64,000 nt of DNA from an uncultured Gammaproteobacteria bacterium (GCA_964546275.1 CAZJJG010000001.1:9319-73318), one strand, 5' to 3'. Counted from the stretch's first letter, positions 48,732 to 59,633 are shown. Translations and numbers: made by a program. Notes: generated from the letters alone by a model not told the origin.

Positions 48732-50354
48732 TCAATTTGATCTTGATTTATCTCTTATGGATCTAAACTCATTATCCTCATACCAGTTAGGCCATGAATC
48801 AGAGTTAGCTAGATCTTTAGATATAGTAAAAACAGTATCTACAGTTTGCTCTATAGCTGTTAAATCCCATGATTCTGAGTATTCATCAGATGTTTGATGA
48901 TAGTTATTAGTTGTATAGTCGTATCCTATCCTAAATGCCTCTTCACGACCCCCCTCAACTAAATCAGATCCATTATTTGAATAAAGCATTGGGACACCCT
49001 TTTTTGCAAAATTAATATGATCTGATCTATAGAAAAAACCTTTTTCCGGTTGTGGATCTGGATTTATATACCTATTTTGACTAATTAGTTCCTCTTCAAG
49101 AAGATCTTCTAACTCTGAAGCACCATATCCAACCACTACCATGTCATTAGTTGCACTTGTTGGCATCATTCCATCAAAATTGAATCCAGCAACTATTTTA
49201 TTTAAAGGAATAGGAGAGTTATTTGCAAAGTATTCAGATCCCAATAAGCCAGACTCCTCTAATGTTACTGAAAGAAATAATATTGATCTATCTGTATCTA
49301 TAACAGAATAGCGATTTGATAACTCAATAAGAGCTGCTACACCTGTTGCATTGTCTACAGCTCCATTATAGATATTATCTTTTAATGTTAAGTTGTTATC
49401 TTTACCAAGGTGATCCCAGTGAGCAGTAAATAATATGTATTCATCTGGTCTAGTAGATCCTACTTTAATGGCGGCAATATTATGAGATTTAAAATAACTT
49501 ATCTTGTTATGAATATCTGAATTAAGCTGAAGGCCTCGAAGATTAAAAGGTTTAAAAGTTTTTGTTAATGCTATTTCTTGTAATGATTCTAAATTAAAGC
49601 CAGTAAATTTAAGGAGATCATTCAACTTATCTTTATGTATCCAGCTTTCAAGCTGAAGCGGTTCAAGTTGATCCGATCCTCTTTGAAGTGAAAGTTGAGA
49701 GCCTGTCCACGAACTCTCTACTACTGACCAAGGATATGATGCTGGATCTTCATCATGAATAATTATTGCTGCTGCTGCTCCCTGCCTAGCTGCTTCTTCA
49801 AACTTATATGTCCAACGTCCATAGTAAGTCATTGATCTACCATTAAAAAGTCTAATTTTTTCTGTAGTAAAACCTGGGTCATTAATTAACATGACTACTG
49901 TTTTTCCTTTAACATCTATACCGTCGTAGTCATTCCAATTATATTCAGGAGCAACAATTCCATATCCAACAAAAATTAGATCACTTGATCGAATTTTTTC
50001 ATAATCTGAAGTTCTTTTTGTCCAAAAAACAACATCTTTACCAGACACAAGCTTTTCATCAGAGCCTCTAAACGAAATTGAGAAAAATGAATTAGAATTT
50101 TGTTTAATATCAACAGCAGGAACGTCTAAGAAAAATTTCTTATTTATTGGTTTTAAACCATTGTTTTGAAAAGCTTTGGAAATAAAATTTTTAGTAAGTT
50201 TTCCGCCCTCAGTTCCAGGAGCTCTGCCCTCAAATTCATCTGATGATAATTTTGATATGGAGTCTTTTAAAGTTAATGGAACCTCATCTTTAGTTTGGGA
50301 TGAGCATGAAGCAATTATTATAGATGTTAAAAAAAGATTTAAAAAATTATTCAT
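48732..50354 (-). CDS. M28-family aminopeptidase with a PA domain, predicted lipoprotein
   Basis: Lipobox 'IIIASCSS', 'EGRAPGTEG', 'AHWDHLG', 'NGAVDNATG' and 'LEESGLLGS'. Confidence 0.75.
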   Translation of the reverse strand: MNNFLNLFLTSIIIASCSSQTKDEVPLTLKDSISKLSSDEFEGRAPGTEGGKLTKNFISKAFQNNGLKPINKKFFLDVPAVDIKQNSNSFFSISFRGSDEKLVSGKDVVFWTKRTSDYEKIRSSDLIFVGYGIVAPEYNWNDYDGIDVKGKTVVMLINDPGFTTEKIRLFNGRSMTYYGRWTYKFEEAARQGAAAAIIIHDEDPASYPWSVVESSWTGSQLSLQRGSDQLEPLQLESWIHKDKLNDLLKFTGFNLESLQEIALTKTFKPFNLRGLQLNSDIHNKISYFKSHNIAAIKVGSTRPDEYILFTAHWDHLGKDNNLTLKDNIYNGAVDNATGVAALIELSNRYSVIDTDRSILFLSVTLEESGLLGSEYFANNSPIPLNKIVAGFNFDGMMPTSATNDMVVVGYGASELEDLLEEELISQNRYINPDPQPEKGFFYRSDHINFAKKGVPMLYSNNGSDLVEGGREEAFRIGYDYTTNNYHQTSDEYSESWDLTAIEQTVDTVFTISKDLANSDSWPNWYEDNEFRSIRDKSRSN

Positions 50355-50463
50355 AAAAACTCCTCAAAAAGATAAGCAAATTCTACTTTGCATTGTATAT
50401 AATTATAAGCTTAAATAGATACACTAAATTTCATCGAAATAAATTTTCATTTGAGGAGTAATA

Positions 50464-53208
50464 ATGAATTTACTAACTATAAGAAATACATTCTTAATTT
50501 TAATAACAATTGCATCTGCTAATACTTTTAGTAATTCAATGTATGGAAGTGCTGAGCTTGAAATACCAGATATAGAGTTTGACACATTTACTTTAGATAA
50601 CGGTTTAACTGTTGTCGTTCATGAAGATAGAAAGGTCCCAATGGTAGCTATAAATGTTTGGTATCACGTAGGTTCCAAGAATGAAAAAGTAGGAAAAACC
50701 GGCTTTGCTCACTTATTTGAACACCTAATGTTTAATGGAACTGAAAATTATAATGCTGAATATTTCGAACCATTTGAAAAAATTGGGGCTACAGATCAAA
50801 ACGGTACAACCAATAACGATAGAACAAATTATTTCCAAAATGTCCCTACGAACGCTCTAGATCTAGGTTTATGGATGGAATCAGAGCGAATGGGACACAT
50901 ACTTAATGTTATTGATGAAGACAAGCTAAATGAACAAAGAGGCGTTGTTCAAAATGAAAAAAGGCAGGGTGAAAACCAGCCTTATGGGCAAGTATGGAAT
51001 GCAATTGGTAAAGGGGTTTTTCCTAAAGGACATCCTTATTCATGGTCAGTGATTGGTTCTATGGAAGATCTAAATGCAGCAACATTAGATGATGTTAAAG
51101 ATTGGTTCAATACATATTATGGACCTACAAATGCTGTTATTGCTTTAGCTGGAGATATTGATTTAGAAACAGCTAAATTAAAAGTAAAAGAATATTTCGG
51201 AGATATACCAGCTGGGCCACCACTATCAAAACCAAAAAAATGGGTTGCTAAAAGAACTGAACAAACTCGTGAAGTTATGGAAGATAAAGTTCCTCAAACT
51301 AGAATATATAAAGTATGGAACGTAGCAGAAGATGGAACTGATGATGCTATGGCTCTTGAGCTAACTGCATCAACACTTGCAGGTGGAAAAAATAGTCCTC
51401 TATATCAAGAGTTAGTTTATAAAACTGGTTTAGCAACATCAGCGTCAGCATTTTATTATGGAAGAGAGATTGCTGGTTTATTTATAATCACGGCAACTGT
51501 TGCAAAGGATAAAGATCCTAAAGAAGTCGAGCGAGTTATGGATGAGACTTTAGCTAAATATTTAAAAAAGGGACCAAATGCTAAGCTATTAAAAAATACA
51601 AAAACATCAACCATATCTGGACTTACTTATGGTCAACAAAGGATTGGTGGGTTTGGTGGAAAGTCAGATATTTTAGCTACTTATCAAACTCTGTATGGAG
51701 ACCCTGGTGCTTATAAAGAACAATTAGAAACTTATTTTAATACATCTGCTAAAACTATTAAATCAGTAGCAAATAAATGGTTAACTACTGGTGATTTTGT
51801 ATTATCTATTGTCCCAGCAGCCAAAACATCAGTTGTTAAAACTAGTGTGGATAGAACCAAAGGTATTCCCTACCCTACAGAAAAACTATCTTATTCATTT
51901 CCAGAAATAAAAAGTATTACTTTAGATAATGGTTCTAATCTTGTTCTGGCTGAAAGAAATGACCTGCCTTTAGTTGAACTTCAAATAGTATTTGATAGAG
52001 GTTATGCTGTTGAAACTCAAAGCAAGTTGGGACTTGTGAACTTTACAATGAGTATGGTTGATGAAGGAACTAGTAAATACTCATCGCTTGAGTATGCAGA
52101 TGCACAAGACGCACTTGGTTCAAGTGTAGGATTTGGTTCTTCTATTGATACAACTTATGCTTCTATGTCTTCTCTCAAAGTTAATCTTGAAAAAACAATC
52201 GATCTACTTAAGGAGGGTTTAGAAAATCCAACATTTCCTCAGGATGAGCTAGATAGAGTTAAAAAACGTTGGTTATCAAGTATTGATCAAGAGCTTAATA
52301 GCCCCGGTTCTATGGCTGGCAGAGTTATTAGACCTCTGGTCTATGGAGATGGTCATCCTTATGCCAAGGCATCAAGTTCTGGAACAAAAGAAACAGTAGA
52401 AACATTTACTAGAGACGATTTGGTAGACATGTACTCTGTTTTAACTAATCCATCAGGAGCAACTTTTATAGTTACTGGAGATATTAGTCTTGAAGAAGCT
52501 GCAGAGCTTTTAAATAGAAAATTTGCTAATTGGTCAGGCGATGATTCAAGTGCTAGCGTTGATTTATATACTGTTGAAGATCAAACAAAACCTCGGGTCT
52601 TCTTAATAGATAAGCCCGGAGCTATTCAGTCATATATATTAGCAGCTCAATTATTACCACCTACAAACTCAGGTGAAGATATATTAATTGACTATATGAA
52701 TTATGCTATTGCTGGCAGCTTTACTTCTAGATTAAATATGAATTTAAGAGAAGATAAAAGTTGGTCTTATGGAGCAAGAGCTTCAACAGGCTACAGCAAA
52801 GGTCAAAGACTTATGAGAATGACTGCTCCAGTTCAAACAGATCAAACTGCTCCTGCTATTCTTGAAGTGCTTCGTGAATATAATGAATATCTTAGCTCGT
52901 CTCCTGTAACAGAAGCAGAGTTATCAAAAACTAAAAATGCTCGTACTCTTAGATTACCTGGTCAATATGAAACATTGGGTGCCCTGCTAAGCGGGATAGA
53001 GGATATAGTTAAATATGATAGAGATTTTGATTATCTAGATACGATTGCTGATACTAGGAATGCAATTAAGCTTGAAGAAGTTAGAGCTACAACTCAAAAG
53101 TATCTTGATACTAATAAGTGGACATGGGTAATTGTTGGAGATTTAGAAAAAATAGAAACTCCAATAAGAGCTCTTAATATTGGTGATGTAGAAATCATTA
53201 CTAACTAG
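50464..53208 (+). CDS. Secreted M16-family zinc peptidase, double-length (PqqL-like)
   Basis: Signal peptide, inverted zincin 'HLFEHLMF' (HxxEH) and 'NG.T..D.T.Y'. The second half is homologous but non-catalytic. Confidence 0.85.
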   Translation: MNLLTIRNTFLILITIASANTFSNSMYGSAELEIPDIEFDTFTLDNGLTVVVHEDRKVPMVAINVWYHVGSKNEKVGKTGFAHLFEHLMFNGTENYNAEYFEPFEKIGATDQNGTTNNDRTNYFQNVPTNALDLGLWMESERMGHILNVIDEDKLNEQRGVVQNEKRQGENQPYGQVWNAIGKGVFPKGHPYSWSVIGSMEDLNAATLDDVKDWFNTYYGPTNAVIALAGDIDLETAKLKVKEYFGDIPAGPPLSKPKKWVAKRTEQTREVMEDKVPQTRIYKVWNVAEDGTDDAMALELTASTLAGGKNSPLYQELVYKTGLATSASAFYYGREIAGLFIITATVAKDKDPKEVERVMDETLAKYLKKGPNAKLLKNTKTSTISGLTYGQQRIGGFGGKSDILATYQTLYGDPGAYKEQLETYFNTSAKTIKSVANKWLTTGDFVLSIVPAAKTSVVKTSVDRTKGIPYPTEKLSYSFPEIKSITLDNGSNLVLAERNDLPLVELQIVFDRGYAVETQSKLGLVNFTMSMVDEGTSKYSSLEYADAQDALGSSVGFGSSIDTTYASMSSLKVNLEKTIDLLKEGLENPTFPQDELDRVKKRWLSSIDQELNSPGSMAGRVIRPLVYGDGHPYAKASSSGTKETVETFTRDDLVDMYSVLTNPSGATFIVTGDISLEEAAELLNRKFANWSGDDSSASVDLYTVEDQTKPRVFLIDKPGAIQSYILAAQLLPPTNSGEDILIDYMNYAIAGSFTSRLNMNLREDKSWSYGARASTGYSKGQRLMRMTAPVQTDQTAPAILEVLREYNEYLSSSPVTEAELSKTKNARTLRLPGQYETLGALLSGIEDIVKYDRDFDYLDTIADTRNAIKLEEVRATTQKYLDTNKWTWVIVGDLEKIETPIRALNIGDVEIITN

Positions 53209-53214
53209 ATATAA

Positions 53215-54573
53215 ATGTCTTACCCACCAATAAGTGAAACTGCTCTTAATACTAAAATTAAGAGCAATGCGTATGAGCCATTTTATAAACACGCAAGCTC
53301 AGTTAATTTATACGACATCCATCAGTTCACAAATGGTCAGCCTTTTGATGCTTATGATGAATTGAGAGCTAAGAGTCCAGTGTATTTTCAAGACCCACCT
53401 GAGTGGGATATAGAGCCAGGTTCATGGATGTTAACTTCATATGAGGATATTATTCATGTATCTTCTAACCCGCTTATATACTCATCTCAAGCAGCAACTG
53501 GTAACTTAATGACGCTTGGTGATCCAGAAACTAGGCATCCAAAGTTATGGCAAACCTCTATTGATCATATGCTTAACCTAGATGGATCTTTCCATCTTAA
53601 TTTACGTAAAGAACATATGCCCTTTTTTAAACCTGGTTATGTTGATGATCTTCATAAGAAAGTTGAAATTAAAGTTGAAACACTTTTAGATGCAATTGCT
53701 AAATTAGGACAATGTAATTTAGTTAAAGATGTTTCTCAGCAACTACCTATTTTTACTCTTTCAGAAATTTTAGGTATACCAGAAGAAGATCGTCATAAAT
53801 TAGCAACGTGGATGGAATTCTTAGAGTTAGCTCAATACTACGCTGCAGAAAACTTTAAACAAACATCTGGAAAAACTGAAGAAATGGAAGTTGATACTTC
53901 AATGATAGAGTTATTTCAAACCATGATAGATGAGATGTTTGATTACGGTAAACACATACTTCAAGCAAAAAGAGCTAATCCTGAAAATGATCTTTTATCT
54001 GCTATAGCAAATGCTGAATTAGATGGAGCTAAACTAAGCCAAGAATACTTAGACGGATCATGGCTTTTAATAATATTTGCAGGTAATGACACCACACGTA
54101 ACTCTATAAGTGGAGCTATAAAATTACTTACTGAGTTTCCTGATCAAAAAAATAAGCTTATTAATAATTTAGAACTTTTACCCAACTTTGCTCAAGAAAC
54201 TATACGAATGGTATCACCAGTAATTCATATGAGAAGAACAACAACTTGTGATACAACTATAGGTAACCAAAAACTTGGAGCTGGTGAAAAAGTAATTATG
54301 TGGTACGGAGCAGCTAATAGAGATCCAACTGTATTTGATAGACCTCATGAGTTTGATATAGAGCGTGAAAATGCAATTAAACATTTATCGTTTGGAATGG
54401 GTAGACATACTTGTATAGGAAAACCAGTAGCTCTAATGCAGTTAAAAGAAGTCTATAAGCAAATTTTAACTAGATTTCCTGATATGACTATGGATGGGGA
54501 TTGGAAGGTAGCACCGAATAACTTTGTTCATGCAATTCAAGAAATGCCAGTGAGTTTTACTCCAGAGAAATAA
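53215..54573 (+). CDS. Cytochrome P450, CYP153-like
   Basis: Heme loop 'FGMGRHTCIGKPVA', I-helix 'LLIIFAGNDTTRNSISG' (the NDTTRN signature I associate with CYP153 alkane hydroxylases), 'ETIRM' (ExxR) and 'VIMWYGAANRD'. Confidence 0.85.
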   Translation: MSYPPISETALNTKIKSNAYEPFYKHASSVNLYDIHQFTNGQPFDAYDELRAKSPVYFQDPPEWDIEPGSWMLTSYEDIIHVSSNPLIYSSQAATGNLMTLGDPETRHPKLWQTSIDHMLNLDGSFHLNLRKEHMPFFKPGYVDDLHKKVEIKVETLLDAIAKLGQCNLVKDVSQQLPIFTLSEILGIPEEDRHKLATWMEFLELAQYYAAENFKQTSGKTEEMEVDTSMIELFQTMIDEMFDYGKHILQAKRANPENDLLSAIANAELDGAKLSQEYLDGSWLLIIFAGNDTTRNSISGAIKLLTEFPDQKNKLINNLELLPNFAQETIRMVSPVIHMRRTTTCDTTIGNQKLGAGEKVIMWYGAANRDPTVFDRPHEFDIERENAIKHLSFGMGRHTCIGKPVALMQLKEVYKQILTRFPDMTMDGDWKVAPNNFVHAIQEMPVSFTPEK

Positions 54574-55561
54574 TTTCACCAGGTTTAGGTGTTAAAAAAA
54601 GATTTTCTTTACCAATCCTCTTGAGCTCTCTTTCGAGTTGTTTTGGAGGATCTAATACTGGCTCATCAGTTAACATAAAAGTTCCCCAATGCATACTTAG
54701 AGCAAGTTTAGCTTCTAGATCCAGAGCAGCTTGAACCGCTTCCTGAGGATTTAAGTGGCTATCTTTCATTATATTTCTAGGCTCGTAAGCGCCAATAGGT
54801 ATAAAAGCAACATCTGGTATTCCTAGCTCTTGATTAATCAACTTAAAATCATTTGTATAACCTGTATCTCCCAAATGAACTAATTGCAAAGATGGGCTAT
54901 CAAACCACCATCCGCCCCATAGGGTCTTATTTTTATCAAAAGGAGTTCTTGATGACCAGTGATGAACAGGCACAAAAGTTATTAATGTATCCTTAACTTT
55001 TAATGTATCCCACCAATTCATTTCAACTACATTTTTTATTCCTGAAGACTTAAGTAATTTTCCAAGTTTCATTGGGACTAAAAATAAAGTTGCATTATTT
55101 TTATCATAAAGTTTTTTTAATGTTGGTATATCAAGATGATCATAATGAGCATGACTTACTGTTACCACATCTATAAAAGGCAATTTCTCATAACTTATTC
55201 CGGGAGGAATCATTCGTTTAGGTCCAATAAATGATACGGGTGATGCTCTATTTGAGTATATTGGATCGGTAATAATTGTAATATTTGAGTTATTGATCAA
55301 ATAACTAGCATGGCCTACCCATACTGCATAACTTTTAGGCAATTCAGTTGAAGAATTAAATTCATCGCTTAGTTCTATAGCAATTCGATCAGGCTTATCT
55401 GAATTAAATTGCCAATTTAAAAAATCCTTAAAGGTACTATCATCGCCATTGAGATTATCATTGTTTTTAAATAGTTCATCAGATGAAATTGATGTAATCA
55501 AAAAAATACAAAAAAATAAATATAGAGATTTTAGATGTTTATGTTGAATTAGATTATTCAT
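54557..55561 (-). CDS. Secreted MBL-fold metallo-hydrolase (NAPE-PLD-like)
   Basis: Signal peptide, 'WVGHASYLI', 'VTVSHAHYDHLD' and 'LSMHWGTF'. Confidence 0.7.
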   Translation of the reverse strand: MNNLIQHKHLKSLYLFFCIFLITSISSDELFKNNDNLNGDDSTFKDFLNWQFNSDKPDRIAIELSDEFNSSTELPKSYAVWVGHASYLINNSNITIITDPIYSNRASPVSFIGPKRMIPPGISYEKLPFIDVVTVSHAHYDHLDIPTLKKLYDKNNATLFLVPMKLGKLLKSSGIKNVVEMNWWDTLKVKDTLITFVPVHHWSSRTPFDKNKTLWGGWWFDSPSLQLVHLGDTGYTNDFKLINQELGIPDVAFIPIGAYEPRNIMKDSHLNPQEAVQAALDLEAKLALSMHWGTFMLTDEPVLDPPKQLERELKRIGKENLFLTPKPGEIISLE

Positions 55562-55705
55562 AATTAGAAAAAAGATTATGAATTAATTGATTATTAAACT
55601 CAAATTTTAATAATGTATTTCTAATGCCAAGTAATCTTAACCTTCCGCAATAAGAAACTCTTAAATTTACGATATTATTGTGCCATTTAATATTAGAGAG
55701 ATTAA

Positions 55706-56659
55706 CTAAGATATTAATCCTATAAATCTACTTATTAACCAATAAAAACCCATTCCACCTAAAGCATAAGATGTAATTGTTATAGATTTATCATAAAGAT
55801 TAAATTTATGAGCAAACCATATAAATAAACCAAAGATAGGAATAAGTGATACTTGCCCAGCTTCAATACCTAAATTAAAGAATAATAAAGAAAGTAACAT
55901 TTGATCATTAGCTATACCAATTTCTGTTAAGGCGCTAGCAAAACCCAAGCCATGCAATAGACCAAAACCAAATGCCATAATCCAAGGAGTTTTCTCGTAT
56001 TTTTCAGAAGCAGATAATTCTAGAGCTAAATAAATTATTGTGAGGGCTATGAGCACCTCAACAGTGGCTTGTGGTAAAGAAATGATACCAAAGACTGATA
56101 AACCTAAGGTAATGCTATGAGCTATTGTAAATGCAGTGATTGTCTTAAAAATATTAAATAAACCTGAAACCAAAAATAATAATCCTAAAATAAATAAAAT
56201 ATGATCAATTCCACTGAAAAGATGATCAATACCCAGCGTAAAATATGTAGTTGGATAGTAAGCTACCTCAAGAGGTATTAGAATTTTAGACTCTTTTAGG
56301 TTCATTAGTCCCTCAAAGACATCTTCATTAATAAAATTAATAGTTATTAATGCATCTGTTAAGACGCTTAAATTAATAACTTCTATCACATGACCTTGCA
56401 ATGCAAGGCTACAGTTAAGTGATATTTTTTCAACTAGATATTTTCCTTGAGGATAAGGAGATTGGGCATCAGTTAAACAATGATCTGGAAATATTAGTTC
56501 AGCTCTTTTTCCGATATTTTTTAGCGGATACATCCATGTTGCAGAATATGTATTTTGCTCAACAGATAATTGATCTATAACTAAATGTGCAGGATTAAAT
56601 TCATGCGATTCAAGATCAATAAAAAAAAATATTAAAAAATAAACAAATAGCTTATTCAT
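55706..56659 (-). CDS. HupE/UreJ-2-family membrane protein with an N-terminal periplasmic domain
   Basis: Signal peptide, then a mature N-terminus of about 'HEFNPAHL'. The TM core has 'GIDHILFILGLLFL' and 'FGFGLLHGLGFA'. Confidence 0.65.
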   Translation of the reverse strand: MNKLFVYFLIFFFIDLESHEFNPAHLVIDQLSVEQNTYSATWMYPLKNIGKRAELIFPDHCLTDAQSPYPQGKYLVEKISLNCSLALQGHVIEVINLSVLTDALITINFINEDVFEGLMNLKESKILIPLEVAYYPTTYFTLGIDHLFSGIDHILFILGLLFLVSGLFNIFKTITAFTIAHSITLGLSVFGIISLPQATVEVLIALTIIYLALELSASEKYEKTPWIMAFGFGLLHGLGFASALTEIGIANDQMLLSLLFFNLGIEAGQVSLIPIFGLFIWFAHKFNLYDKSITITSYALGGMGFYWLISRFIGLIS

Positions 56660-57459
56660 TAGAATTTTAGATTAGGATTAATAATAACCTTATATTCAGA
56701 TTTTACTTGATTGATATAGTTGTTGATTGCGGCCTCTTTGTTTGCATTAAATAAATCGACCTCCACCCTGTTTAGGACTTCTGTAATTAATGGGTAATAA
56801 CCAGGCTTTGAATCTCTTACAAGGACGATGTGGTGACCAAAGGATGACTTAAAAGGTCCAACCCACTCGTTAACAGGAATATCATCAAATTGAAGACTAA
56901 ACTGGGTACCAAAATTTCTTGAGATCTCATTAGTAGTTTTATCTATAAAGTTTTTGCCTAAAAAGAATGGATCAGATGTAATGTTTTGATTACCTTTTAG
57001 AATTTCTTTAAAAGATAATTCTGACCTAATCTTTGAATTATTTTCAGCTGAATAAAAGTAATGAGTAAAGCTATAAGTGGGTTTTGTGTAGTACTTATCT
57101 TTATTCAGATCATAGTACTCAATAAGTTCAGCATTAGATGGAGTATCTGTAAGAGTTTCTTGTTTTAGGAAGGTTATTTTTTGAGCTAATCTTCTTTTAA
57201 TTATTCTATCTTCTTTATCTAAATCTAATAATAGGGCTTCTCGATATAAAATTTCTTCTTCAACTAAATTATTAATAATCCTAGCTATTTCATCATCAGT
57301 TGGATTTCTTCCAACCTGAGATTTCCATGCGCTAATTAAGCTAGTAATTTCTTGATCAGATATATAAATATTTTTTGAATTTTCTTCCGAATTAAACCCT
57401 ATATCAATAAGATATATAAATAGTCCGATACAGACGAATGTAAATATTTTACGTTTCAA
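56659..57459 (-). CDS. Membrane-anchored parvulin/PpiD-like peptidyl-prolyl isomerase-domain protein
   Basis: N-terminal TM helix and a C-terminal 'WVGPFKSSFGHHIVLV', which resembles rotamase (PpiC-type) cores. The stop and start share one nt with the downstream HupE-like gene. Confidence 0.5.
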   Translation of the reverse strand: MKRKIFTFVCIGLFIYLIDIGFNSEENSKNIYISDQEITSLISAWKSQVGRNPTDDEIARIINNLVEEEILYREALLLDLDKEDRIIKRRLAQKITFLKQETLTDTPSNAELIEYYDLNKDKYYTKPTYSFTHYFYSAENNSKIRSELSFKEILKGNQNITSDPFFLGKNFIDKTTNEISRNFGTQFSLQFDDIPVNEWVGPFKSSFGHHIVLVRDSKPGYYPLITEVLNRVEVDLFNANKEAAINNYINQVKSEYKVIINPNLKF

Positions 57460-57479
57460 TTTAAAGGATTATAGAAAGT

Positions 57480-59633
57480 TTATTGGTCGCTAATAGAAAC
57501 TGTTCCACCCAAAGGAATAACAGATATATCACTTAATGCTGGTATATACCAAATAGGTGATGACCATGCCCTTTCTTGAAGCGTATCATGCAAATCTTCT
57601 CTAGGTTTTAAACCAGCTCTAACAGCATCCCATGTTGACCATCTACATGTTGGATTTTCGAGAACTCTTACATAATAAAAAGATTTAGCATTTGCATCAA
57701 AATCAGGATCATTCCAAACTGTTTTTAATTCAGAGGCGCCAACACCTTGAGTGATTGAACAATCATTAATATTAACTCTTGCGCCATTATCTGGACATCT
57801 ATTAGTTAATGGGTCAACAGACATACCATCAGAACAAACAACATCATAGATTTTTTCATGCGGTGTTCCGCTATTCATGTCAATCCAACCTTTTATAATT
57901 TGCACTCTTTGAAGAGCTGCACCATTTTTATCTCTTTGAGCCCAAACAAGAAAATCAGGTGATTGCCCATCATTATTCATTAAATCAGAGCCCATAGTTA
58001 CGCCTTTAGCGTAAGCTTCGCTAACAAGAGAATCAGAATCAATATCAATAGAAGCTAAGTCATATCCAGCGAAAAAACGAACAGCAATTCTTGTTCCGGT
58101 TGTAGCAAATGTTTCTTTTCGTTTAAAAGCTTGGAAAATTGAGTCACGAGTATTTTCTTCTGCCCAAACTACTGCTAAACCTGATGCGCCCCATTGTGTA
58201 AACCCTGTATTTGCATATGTGCCCTGCTCTAGATCAACTGTACTAACAGGTTGATTAAAGGCACTCATGTATTCATTTAATAATTGAATATTCTCATCAG
58301 CCAATACAACACTTCCTCTATTTTCAGGGTTTCCATCAAGCAAGCCAACTTTTGACCAATAGTTTGATTCATCATAAGAACCTGCGCCTGTATGGGTATC
58401 ACTTGAACCAATTAAGCCAAATTTATAGGGATTACCTTGATTGCTAAAATCTAAAGTTAAACCATTTTGATAAGCTTCTCTTACATATGACCCTGACGGT
58501 CTACTATAAGTTGGAGGTCTGCTACCAACTCTTTTATCCATAATTTCGAAATCAGCCCATTCATCGTCTGGTGATAGTAAAGGGTGAGTATCTGATGTTC
58601 CTTTTACTTGAGTGATCTCAACAACAGGCTCATTTCTCATTCTCTTTTCTGCATAAGCTTTATTAATAGCATTACCCTTAAAAGTTTCCATTTCAAACAT
58701 TTGCCCATTAGAACCATTACTGTTGTGAGGCATAGAAATAGTATCTATACCCTTTGCTCTCAGGCCGTCTTGCCAAGTCCATAGATCTTCTGGATTAAGA
58801 GAATCAATTCTTGTCCAAGGTCTTCTTGAAGCTACTGAAGAATCAAAAATAACATTTCTATGAAGATTACCTCCCTCTGTATCCGTAGAAGTAGTAAATT
58901 CATATCCAATAAAAGCAGTAAAGTGTCCAGGATCATTATGCTCATTTGCAGAGCGTGCTACGTCTGCCCAAGCAGATTTATGAATATTGTAATCAAAAGA
59001 TTTTAAAGCTAATTGAGTATTGTTAGTAAACCAGGCTTTTAAAGTATTTGGGTGCCACCATGGAAGTGGTTGAATAATGGCTTGAGCTAAAACAGAGCTA
59101 AAAATATTAGATCTTTGTGCAGCAGACTCAATAGTAAGATTTGCAGGAATATTAAGATCATGAAAAGGTTCAGCAAAATCATTTTGTGATATATCTGTCG
59201 AGGTATCAGCATAAGCTTGAATCATTCCCATATAAAAACCATGATCAGTAACAGAGTAAAAATCTAAAGGTTCTTGAAGTTTCATTTCATAACCTAACGG
59301 ATGAGCAATTCCTTCTCCCTTAGCATACTTATAAGCATCATCAGGAGATGCGGTTACACCAAATACATAAGCATCAAATGAATACTTAGTATGAACATGA
59401 ACGTCTCCATAATAAGCATTTCTATCTACATTAGGCGCAGGCATAGCTTTTGAAGATGCTGCTTTTTCAACAGAGAAATCAACTAACTCTAAAGCAGAAT
59501 CAGATTGAGTTTTCTTTAATAAACTTATCATTGGTCTTGAATCATAGACATCAACATAGAGTAAAACTAAAACTAATACATAAACTGAAGCTATGGCTAT
59601 TAGAGCTTTTTTTAAGAGTGCGGTATTTTTCAT
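57480..59633 (-). CDS. DUF3604-family protein (large, membrane-anchored/secreted, putative PHP-like metal-dependent hydrolase)
   Basis: N-terminal TM helix, 'YYGDVHVHTKYSFDAY' (HxH metal motif near the N-terminus), size 717 aa, and C-terminal 'YYVRVLENPTCRWS...ERAWSSPIWY'. These match what I recall of DUF3604. Confidence 0.6.
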   Translation of the reverse strand: MKNTALLKKALIAIASVYVLVLVLLYVDVYDSRPMISLLKKTQSDSALELVDFSVEKAASSKAMPAPNVDRNAYYGDVHVHTKYSFDAYVFGVTASPDDAYKYAKGEGIAHPLGYEMKLQEPLDFYSVTDHGFYMGMIQAYADTSTDISQNDFAEPFHDLNIPANLTIESAAQRSNIFSSVLAQAIIQPLPWWHPNTLKAWFTNNTQLALKSFDYNIHKSAWADVARSANEHNDPGHFTAFIGYEFTTSTDTEGGNLHRNVIFDSSVASRRPWTRIDSLNPEDLWTWQDGLRAKGIDTISMPHNSNGSNGQMFEMETFKGNAINKAYAEKRMRNEPVVEITQVKGTSDTHPLLSPDDEWADFEIMDKRVGSRPPTYSRPSGSYVREAYQNGLTLDFSNQGNPYKFGLIGSSDTHTGAGSYDESNYWSKVGLLDGNPENRGSVVLADENIQLLNEYMSAFNQPVSTVDLEQGTYANTGFTQWGASGLAVVWAEENTRDSIFQAFKRKETFATTGTRIAVRFFAGYDLASIDIDSDSLVSEAYAKGVTMGSDLMNNDGQSPDFLVWAQRDKNGAALQRVQIIKGWIDMNSGTPHEKIYDVVCSDGMSVDPLTNRCPDNGARVNINDCSITQGVGASELKTVWNDPDFDANAKSFYYVRVLENPTCRWSTWDAVRAGLKPREDLHDTLQERAWSSPIWYIPALSDISVIPLGGTVSISDQ

